From an uncultured bacterium (GTDB lineage Bacteria; UBA8481), in NCBI GenBank assembly GCA_964499705.1, contig CAZCME010000020.1, positions 62,001-84,214 of the forward strand: a DNA stretch of 22,214 nt. The letters are read 5' to 3'. This document shows, one piece after another, positions 1-6,324 of the stretch. The notes below the pieces were generated by a model. The model saw only the letters and a program-made list of their open reading frames with translations. It was not told the origin of the DNA and ran no database searches. Numbering within the stretch: position 1 is the first letter of the stretch; each line of letters starts with the position of its first letter. Made by a program: the position numbers and the translations under genes.

Positions 1-2
1 CG

Positions 3-698
3 GTCAACTACGCGGTTGCCGTCACGAACAATGATAATTTTGGCGGAGCCCAAGTCATGGGCGCGCTTCCGAACGTTGCCGGCTACACACCTGCCGCTCT
101 GCGTCCGGGCAACAACAACGGCGCCGTTGGTACCGTTGCTGACAATAACAATGACAAGGCGATTTCGGGCCGCATCGGTGTTGTGCCGATTGAAGGTCTC
201 GAGCTCGGCGTTTCCGCTTCACGCTCCGTTTATGCCGGTGTTGCGGCCGCGGGCGCGGTTGTGGACAAGAAGAATCCGACGCGCAACATTGTCGCGGCGG
301 ACGCTTCCTACGCTTGGGGAGCTTTCTCCATCAAGGGCGAGTATGCCGCAGTCAAGGAACAGCCGCAGAATCTCATCGGAGTCGCTGCTTTCGCGGATCT
401 GAATGTTCGCGGATATTCGATCGAGGGCTGGTACGACTGGACCTCGAAGTTCGGTCTTGGCGTTCGTTACGGCCGCATGGAAGTCGAACAGAACGGGCCG
501 GTTGTTACGGCCACGACGACGGGCTCTGCGTACGATTACAGCACGTTGTCGGTTGCCGCGGCGTACAAGCTCGCGGACAACGTTTCCGCTCGGGCTGAGT
601 ACGACGTGAACGAAGAGAGCGTTTTGAACTACCAGGGAACGGCGGGTCGTGAGGCTGATAACGACGCGATTTCCTTCTCGCTGGTCGGCTCCTTCTAA
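3..698 (+). CDS. Outer-membrane beta-barrel porin-like protein, paralog 1 (5'-truncated by window edge)
   Basis: Frame is open from position 3 (VNYAVAVTNNDNFGGAQVM...), upstream of the ORF-track Met at 57, and aligns with paralog 2 (VSYIVAVTNNDNLGG). Shows alternating beta-strand pattern, DNNNDKAISGRIG motif and C-terminal Phe (SLVGSF) typical of BAM substrates. Confidence 0.8.
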   Translation, partial: VNYAVAVTNNDNFGGAQVMGALPNVAGYTPAALRPGNNNGAVGTVADNNNDKAISGRIGVVPIEGLELGVSASRSVYAGVAAAGAVVDKKNPTRNIVAADASYAWGAFSIKGEYAAVKEQPQNLIGVAAFADLNVRGYSIEGWYDWTSKFGLGVRYGRMEVEQNGPVVTATTTGSAYDYSTLSVAAAYKLADNVSARAEYDVNEESVLNYQGTAGREADNDAISFSLVGSF

Positions 699-718
699 TC
701 TTAACTTAGTACGGGACT

Positions 719-748
719 GGGCCGCCGCTGAAAAGCGGCGGCCCTTTT
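719..748 (+). terminator. Rho-independent terminator
   Basis: GGGCCGCCGCT-GAAA-AGCGGCGGCCC perfect 11-bp stem with GNRA loop followed by TTTT, 20 nt after the porin-1 stop. Confidence 0.9.
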
Positions 749-848
749 AATTTCCATGCGAAATTGGATGGCAGACATTATTCACCATGTCTCGATCAGA
801 TGTGATCGAAGCAAGTATCCTGCATGCTTCAAGTGCCATGTTTTCAAT

Positions 849-864
849 TGGCATTTATATTGCT
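849..864 (+). promoter_or_regulatory. Sigma-54 (-24/-12) promoter of porin paralog 2
   Basis: TGGCAT-TTATA-TTGCT matches consensus TGGCAC-N5-TTGCW with exact spacing; lies 42 nt before the ATG at 907 with SD AGGAG at 893-897. Confidence 0.75.
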
Positions 865-906
865 CTTGCGTAGGCAGCATAAATATCTCAGAAGGAGAAT
901 GACAAG

Positions 907-2070
907 ATGAAGAAACTGGCACTGGCGGCCATTGCTGTCTCCATGATGGCAACGTCGTCTTCAGCAGCTGGAGTGACCATCTCCGGCTATATTGATGTCG
1001 GCTATTGGGCGGCGGAGAATCCGCATCTCAATTCCTTTTACGGAGTCGCAGCCGGCGCGTTTCCTCCAAGGGCGCAGGCGTCCGCGGCGACAAATGGCGC
1101 CTGGAACGGCAACGATCAATTCGCCCTCAACGATGTGAATATCGATATCAACGCGAAATTCACGGATGATATCACGGGCTATGCATCGTGGAACTATGCC
1201 AATGGAGCGGCGGCCACAATTGACTTCGCGCAAATCGATTTCACCAATCTGCTTCCCTGGGGCCATAAGCTGACGGTGGGCCGGTTTGGTTCTCCGGTCG
1301 GCATCGAGCAGCGCGTTTCCGAATCGAATCTGAACAAGTTCATCAACATGTCGCTGATCTCGTCCATTACTGTCGGTTCGCAGGACGGTATCGCGGTCTC
1401 CGGTTCCATGAGCCCTGTTTCCTACATCGTGGCCGTGACGAACAACGACAACCTAGGCGGAGCGAGCATCGGCACGAATCCGAGAATTCCCGCGATCGCG
1501 GGCGCCGTGGGCGTCGTTGCCGACAATAACAACGATAAGGCGATTTCCGGACGTATCGGCGTGACACCCATCGAAGGACTTGAACTCGGAGCTTCCGGTT
1601 CGCGAACGATATGGGCGGGCCCCCTGGCCGCCGGTGCTACAGCGGATAAGATCAATCCGACGCGTAATGTCGTCGCCGCCGACGCTTCCTATGTCTGGGG
1701 CGCGTTCACCATCAAGGGCGAATATGCATACGTCAAGGAACAACAGCAGAATGCGATAGGAGTTCTTCCTCTCTCCGACATCAGCGCGCGCGGATATTAC
1801 GTCGAAGGATGGTACGACTGGACATCCAAGTTCGGCGTCGGAGTGCGTTACAACCGCATGGAAATCGATCAGACGCGCGGCGCAGGCAACAGCGACAACG
1901 CTTCGGATTACAGCACCCTCGCGGTCGCCGGTTCGTACAAGTTGGCAGACAATGTCCTTTTCAAGGCGGAATACGACGTGAACGAAGAAAGCGTCATCAA
2001 TTATCTCAGCACGGCGGGTCGCGAAATTGACAACGATGTGATCGCGGTCTCGCTCGTCGGATCCTTCTGA
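907..2070 (+). CDS. Outer-membrane beta-barrel porin-like protein, paralog 2 (387 aa)
   Basis: Sec signal peptide MKKLALAAIAVSMMATSSSAA; first strand VTISGYIDVGY; LTVGRFGSPVGIE porin-type motif; C-terminal SLVGSF; good SD. Confidence 0.85.
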   Translation: MKKLALAAIAVSMMATSSSAAGVTISGYIDVGYWAAENPHLNSFYGVAAGAFPPRAQASAATNGAWNGNDQFALNDVNIDINAKFTDDITGYASWNYANGAAATIDFAQIDFTNLLPWGHKLTVGRFGSPVGIEQRVSESNLNKFINMSLISSITVGSQDGIAVSGSMSPVSYIVAVTNNDNLGGASIGTNPRIPAIAGAVGVVADNNNDKAISGRIGVTPIEGLELGASGSRTIWAGPLAAGATADKINPTRNVVAADASYVWGAFTIKGEYAYVKEQQQNAIGVLPLSDISARGYYVEGWYDWTSKFGVGVRYNRMEIDQTRGAGNSDNASDYSTLAVAGSYKLADNVLFKAEYDVNEESVINYLSTAGREIDNDVIAVSLVGSF

Positions 2071-2092
2071 TCTGAACTAGCAATCTATCCAG

Positions 2093-2126
2093 AGCCGTCC
2101 CCGCTTCGGCGGGGACGGCTTTTTTT
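2093..2126 (+). terminator. Rho-independent terminator
   Basis: AGCCGTCCCCGC-TTCG-GCGGGGACGGCT 12-bp stem with cUUCGg loop followed by a T run. Confidence 0.93.
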
Positions 2127-2216
2127 GTACGGCGGTCGAAGTGTCCTCCAAATCAACCTCCCGCGCCTATTCCGTCATTCACCTGGAGCGCGCAATGCCG
2201 GTATACTTCCATCACT

Positions 2217-2729
2217 ATGCCGATGGTGCCCGATAATGCTCTGGACTGGTTCGAACAGGTTTGTTCCTGCCTCAACAACGCTCAATGCGATTATCTGATT
2301 GCCGGCGGAATCGCCACCGTATTTCATGGAAATCCGCGCGTCACCATGGACTTGGATTGCTACATCGATTGGGAACGGGAAAACGCGTTGAAGACAATGA
2401 GCGTCCTCCGGGAGCTGGGATTCGTTCTCTCACAGCCTGTGAAAGAGGAAAGCCTGGTGGATCCCGCCGTCAGGGCGGCGCTCTTCGAACAAAAAGGAAT
2501 GCTCGTCGCCACCTTTCTTAATCCTCTGTTCCCCGAGCGAGTTGTTGACCTCTTGTTCGAGCAATCATGCTTGCCGTTTCAGGAGGCGAAATTGAGGAAG
2601 GTCGAGATGGGCGGTTTGGAGTGCAGTCTGCCAACCATGTCGATCGATGACCTTATCGTGATGAAGCGAGCGGCCGGGCGCGAAAAGGATATTCAGGATA
2701 TCTCCGTGCTGGAGAGCCTGAAGCGATGA
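2217..2729 (+). CDS. Pol-beta-superfamily nucleotidyltransferase (DUF6036-like putative TA component), module 1
   Basis: N-terminal IAGGIATVFHGNPRVTMDLD (GG...RxTxDxD) and C-terminal DDLIVMKRAAGREKDIQDI (K...RxKDxxD) motifs; TATACT -10 at 2202-2207. Confidence 0.8.
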   Translation: MPMVPDNALDWFEQVCSCLNNAQCDYLIAGGIATVFHGNPRVTMDLDCYIDWERENALKTMSVLRELGFVLSQPVKEESLVDPAVRAALFEQKGMLVATFLNPLFPERVVDLLFEQSCLPFQEAKLRKVEMGGLECSLPTMSIDDLIVMKRAAGREKDIQDISVLESLKR

Positions 2730-2995
2730 GCCTGTACACCGCGGAAGAATTGTCACGCTGGAGCCGGCTTACGGCGCAAGAGCGCTTGAGGGCATGCGCA
2801 TCCCTGGGGCGGCTTTTATCCCGCATCGGGAAGATCCACCTATACCTTACAGTCCGTTGCGGGGGTTGCGGGAGCATCGTTCCTCCGAGAGGCGGCGCCG
2901 TCTTTCGTCCGGAAAGCAGGGACTATCTCTGCCCCGCTTGTTCCGAACAGGAAAAGCCGGGCACGGCCATTCCGCGACCTCATGATCCTGATTGA
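2726..2995 (+). CDS. Small partner protein of module 1 with C-terminal zinc-ribbon (CGGC...CPAC)
   Basis: ATGA overlap with the nucleotidyltransferase stop (translational coupling); helical N-terminus (WSRLTAQERL) plus two CxxC pairs. Confidence 0.6.
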   Translation: MSLYTAEELSRWSRLTAQERLRACASLGRLLSRIGKIHLYLTVRCGGCGSIVPPRGGAVFRPESRDYLCPACSEQEKPGTAIPRPHDPD

Positions 2996-3125
2996 CGATG
3001 CGGAAGCGAATCTCAATAAAGAGACTTCCATGGGTTCCAGGTGGAAGATCCGCGCCGTTGAGTTACGTGGTCTCCGCTTCGGCGGAGGCGAGCTGAAAAC
3101 TAGAATGATTCCATCAGCGGAATTT

Positions 3126-3134
3126 TGATATGAT
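3126..3134 (+). promoter_or_regulatory. Extended -10 promoter (TGn-TATGAT), leaderless, module 2
   Basis: TGA-TATGAT ends 6 nt before the ATG at 3141; no SD. Confidence 0.55.
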
Positions 3135-3140
3135 TTGATC

Positions 3141-3308
3141 ATGGAAAAGCCTGAGTTTGTCTGGCCGGAGGTCGAGGAAGTCGAGCGCACCAAACTCGAC
3201 GACTGGTTCAATGACATCAAGACTCCGCCGCTATCGATCCGCGATGCCATGGTCTTGGGCATGATGCTTCTTCATAAACCCTTCAAGATCACATACGAGG
3301 AAGAATGA
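3141..3308 (+). CDS. 55-aa acidic partner (putative antitoxin) of module 2; not in ORF track
   Basis: Manual translation MEKPEFVWPEVEEVERTKLDDWFNDIKTPPLSIRDAMVLGMMLLHKPFKITYEEE*; its TGA overlaps the ATG of 3305 (ATGA); extended -10 directly upstream. Confidence 0.7.
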   Translation: MEKPEFVWPEVEEVERTKLDDWFNDIKTPPLSIRDAMVLGMMLLHKPFKITYEEE

Positions 3309-3853
3309 CCAGCGAGCTCGCGAGGCGATCTGAAGAGCTTTTCAAGGAAATATTGAGGCGTCTCACCGAACTGATTCCGGCTTCACCCGTTGTCGTTATC
3401 GGAGGAGTTGCCCTCAGGTTGCATGGGTCGAATCGTCTGACTGAAGATCTCGACATCGCGTTCAAGGACGTGAAAACCATCCTCGCTGTTCTCTACGACC
3501 TTGGTTTCAAGGCTGTCTCCACGGCGCAGAGAGACAAGGATGGAAATCTGACGGAAGTGAAACTATTTCCCGGGATGGCCACCGCTTTTCAATGCACCCT
3601 GGATCGCAAGGCGCTCATTTTCATCCACGATGTGACGCAGGCCCGGTTCGACGTCTGGCTCGCGCCGACCGTGCCCTATGAACAGCTTCTCAAGAATTCG
3701 TTGCCGGCGGATTTCGACGGTGTTCCGATCCGGGTCGCATCGCCGGAAGATCTCATCGCCCTGAAGCGATATGCGCTCGAAAAGAATCCGAATCGGTCGA
3801 CGGATCTCATCGACATTGCCTTCCTGGAGAAGAAGATCGCGAAGCGTTCATGA
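3305..3853 (+). CDS. Pol-beta-superfamily nucleotidyltransferase (DUF6036/AbiEii-like), module 2
   Basis: VIGGVALRLHGSNRLTEDLDI and SPEDLIALK...RSTDLIDI motifs. Confidence 0.8.
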   Translation: MTSELARRSEELFKEILRRLTELIPASPVVVIGGVALRLHGSNRLTEDLDIAFKDVKTILAVLYDLGFKAVSTAQRDKDGNLTEVKLFPGMATAFQCTLDRKALIFIHDVTQARFDVWLAPTVPYEQLLKNSLPADFDGVPIRVASPEDLIALKRYALEKNPNRSTDLIDIAFLEKKIAKRS

Positions 3854-4753
3854 GATTAATCGAAGCCTGCGGAGCACTTCCGCTTCGCTGTTCTCTTCCT
3901 CGAATGACGGGCTGAACTCCGGCGGGCCCGGATATACGAGTGCCGGTTTCGGAATCCCGATGACCGACTCCAGTCGGCCCGGCCTGAAGACGATTTTTCC
4001 GTCGTCGAGCGCCGCGCGGCATTCGTCGATCGAGCCGAGAAAGGGAGCATCATTCATCATTACGCCCTGTCCAGCTTCCGACGGCGGAAGAATTTCGAGG
4101 AAGGCGCGCGCTTCGTCGATCATCCTGTGCCATTTCCTATGGAGCGCCGCGAGTGACGGTGGTTTGGATCGAAACCGGATCATGGCCAGTTCCTCGGCGG
4201 CGTAGCGCGTGCATCGGGCCCCGAGTTCGACGATGAGGCTCGGCGAGAACCCGGGATCTTTGCCGCAGGCGGCGAAAGCAAGGAGCCCGAGCGGCTGGAG
4301 CCGGTCGTGGCAGAGCATCATGTCGAGCCAGTCGGCAATCTTCAACCTTCCCACCATGGCCAGAGTTTTGTTTGTCGCGAGATCGAAGGGAGACAAGATG
4401 CGTCCCAGGTGCACAGAATCCTCCAAAGGAAAGAAACGAAATGCGGAGTCCATCGCCCAATCGACCACAGTGATTCCTCCCGAATCATCGCTCACATTCG
4501 CTCGAATGAAGGAAGAATATTCTTCGATAATCTGCACGTGGAGGCCGCTACTTTCCAGTGCCGCATTGTCGCGTTTGAACGCTGACTTGATCTCAAGTTC
4601 GGACTCGTGAAACCTGTCAATGTCTGTCGAAAAGCGGTCTCCATTCAGGACTTCCTGGAGCGTGCCGCCACCAGCGAGATATCCACCGGGAATTTCTTTT
4701 TGCACTGTGGCTACGATTTCGCAAATGCGCCTTTGAATGTCGTCTAAAGGCAT
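3848..4753 (-). CDS. AbiEii-like (type IV TA) nucleotidyltransferase, module 3 (301 aa)
   Basis: YLAGGGTL...RFSTDIDRFH, VVDW and DLATNKTLAMVGR motifs of AbiEii/AbiGii-type NTases; start overlaps the stop of the upstream small gene. Confidence 0.75.
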   Translation of the reverse strand: MPLDDIQRRICEIVATVQKEIPGGYLAGGGTLQEVLNGDRFSTDIDRFHESELEIKSAFKRDNAALESSGLHVQIIEEYSSFIRANVSDDSGGITVVDWAMDSAFRFFPLEDSVHLGRILSPFDLATNKTLAMVGRLKIADWLDMMLCHDRLQPLGLLAFAACGKDPGFSPSLIVELGARCTRYAAEELAMIRFRSKPPSLAALHRKWHRMIDEARAFLEILPPSEAGQGVMMNDAPFLGSIDECRAALDDGKIVFRPGRLESVIGIPKPALVYPGPPEFSPSFEEENSEAEVLRRLRLIS

Positions 4754-5082
4754 GCGATGAGTTCGTGCGCGGTTTTGTATGCCTGCAGCGTCCCGTTTTC
4801 AGCCAAATCGCGGAGCGTGAGTTTCGCCATGCTTCGAGTGCGGGGATGAAGCGCTTCGTGCGAATGACGCCAGAGCGCGCCAGGTGTATTTTTCGCTATG
4901 AGTTCCCAGATCTTCTCCCGAAGTTCATCGGGAATCCGGTCTTCCTTTCGGCGGCCTCGCCCTCCCGCTAGCCCTCCCATCCGTGCAATCCGAGCACGGT
5001 CTTCTTTCGAGAGCGACTTTGAGCGCGCGTTACCGCCTCTGCTGGCGAGTTCCTTCCGAGCCAAATGCAATTGGGTCTCCAT
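4744..5082 (-). CDS. 112-aa partner (putative antitoxin) of module 3 with basic RGG/KGG-like N-terminus
   Basis: Likely start METQLHLARKE at 5082 rather than 5385, since TATAAT lies 6 nt upstream and the longer ORF overlaps the SGNH gene; ASRGGNARSKSLSKEDRARIARMGG basic segment then a helical domain; 10-nt overlap with the toxin start. Confidence 0.7.
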   Translation of the reverse strand: METQLHLARKELASRGGNARSKSLSKEDRARIARMGGLAGGRGRRKEDRIPDELREKIWELIAKNTPGALWRHSHEALHPRTRSMAKLTLRDLAENGTLQAYKTAHELIACL

Positions 5083-5085
5083 GCC

Positions 5086-5117
5086 TGAATTATAGCTTGC
5101 TGGCAAGCTATAATTCA
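5086..5117. promoter_or_regulatory. Perfect 15-bp-arm palindrome: promoter/operator of module 3, symmetric on both strands
   Basis: TGAATTATAGCTTGC-TG-GCAAGCTATAATTCA. Minus strand: TTGAAT(5118-5113)-N18-TATAAT(5094-5089)-N6-ATG. Plus strand: CTGAAT(5085-5090)-N18-TATAAT(5109-5114). Confidence 0.8.
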
Positions 5118-5138
5118 ATAGGAATAAGGCCTGTAGCT

Positions 5139-6254
5139 CTAAATCATCCCTCGCCGGACTATCTCCGCCGCCATAGCCTCCGCCGCCAGAGCATGCCCTT
5201 CCTTCGACCAATGACCATCGTAGGGAAAGAAGAGCCTCGCCGGTTTTTCGGCGCGCTGGAAAGTATCGAGGAGACTGAAATACGGAACGGAATCCTGGTC
5301 GGTCATCCGCTGCATATATTCGAAGCGCCGAGGAGCGATCAGCCCCGGTCCGAACTTGGCCGTGCCGCGGCCCGTTTCCCAGCACGACGAATCCGTCTCC
5401 ACGCCGGCCGGATGCTGCATCAGGAGAAACGGAATCATTTTCTCGTCGCAGAGTTCCTTCATCGTCACGAGCGCCTCGCGCGTGCGCGTCCAGTAGGACT
5501 CATACAAGGCATCGGGAATTTCTGAATCGCTTCGCATCGGAGCCCAGACGTCGTCGGTCTCCGCCCAGAAACCGTAATCCCATTCCGTCACGGGAAATTT
5601 CTTCGTCAGCGCCCGGTCTAGATAGCGATACATGTACGAATGCGCCGCCAGATACTCGTGGATCAGCGCGGGAAAGTCGAATCGGCGCCGACCGGGTCGG
5701 ATATGATCCGGCCGGCCTTTCTCGTCCCGTTCCAGGCGGTGCGCGTAAAAGGAATCGCCTGCGCAATCGGTCGCGTCAAAGGAAAGAAGAACCGCGTCGG
5801 GCTGAAGGGCGAATCCTTCATGCCGGAGCCACGCCGCCTCGGCCAGCGTCGACCAGGACGCGACTCCCGCGGCGACGACCTCCACATCCTTTCCCAGCGC
5901 CTTCAACTCCTCTTCCAATCGATCCGTGAAGATCTCCCCGCGCTCGCATCCCCATCCTTCCATGAAGGAATCGCCGATGACGAGGAGCCTTTTCCGGCCC
6001 GGCATTTTCGGGCCGACATCGTCGTCGCGCATCCCGATGTTGTTCATCGTCAGAACGACGTTGAATTCCCCCGTCCGCATTCTGCCCACGCCGTAGGGAT
6101 AGTGCATGTGGTCGGCATACCGGTGCCGGCAGAGATAGGCGCCTTTGGCCGTCACCGGGAGGAGATAGAAATACCGCAGCATTGCTTCCAGCAAGAGGAG
6201 CGTGAAGGCGACGCTGAAAAAAATGCGGAGCAACCTGGATTTCCATGAAATCAT
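5139..6254 (-). CDS. Membrane-anchored SGNH/GDSL hydrolase-fold protein (AlgX/AlgJ-like)
   Basis: N-terminal TM helix ending LLLEAMLR; block I IGDSFMEG; block V FFPYDGHW (DxH); TGC-TATGAT extended -10 9 nt before the ATG. Confidence 0.8.
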   Translation of the reverse strand: MISWKSRLLRIFFSVAFTLLLLEAMLRYFYLLPVTAKGAYLCRHRYADHMHYPYGVGRMRTGEFNVVLTMNNIGMRDDDVGPKMPGRKRLLVIGDSFMEGWGCERGEIFTDRLEEELKALGKDVEVVAAGVASWSTLAEAAWLRHEGFALQPDAVLLSFDATDCAGDSFYAHRLERDEKGRPDHIRPGRRRFDFPALIHEYLAAHSYMYRYLDRALTKKFPVTEWDYGFWAETDDVWAPMRSDSEIPDALYESYWTRTREALVTMKELCDEKMIPFLLMQHPAGVETDSSCWETGRGTAKFGPGLIAPRRFEYMQRMTDQDSVPYFSLLDTFQRAEKPARLFFPYDGHWSKEGHALAAEAMAAEIVRRGMI

Positions 6255-6324
6255 GGGATGTGCATCATAGCATAATCTTGAAAAATCTCTGTGTCTCTCC
6301 GCCTCCGTGGCTCATACTTGTCCC

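Noticed and set aside
2982-3128. 48-aa ORF MILIDDAEANLNKETSMGSRWKIRAVELRGLRFGGGELKTRMIPSAEF between modules 1 and 2
   Set aside because: No recognisable motif or SD; overlaps the upstream gene by 14 nt and ends inside the module-2 promoter. May be a gene remnant but cannot be supported.
5083-5385. N-terminal extension of the 4744..5385 ORF
   Set aside because: Overlaps the SGNH gene on the same strand and runs across the promoter palindrome; 5082 is the better start.
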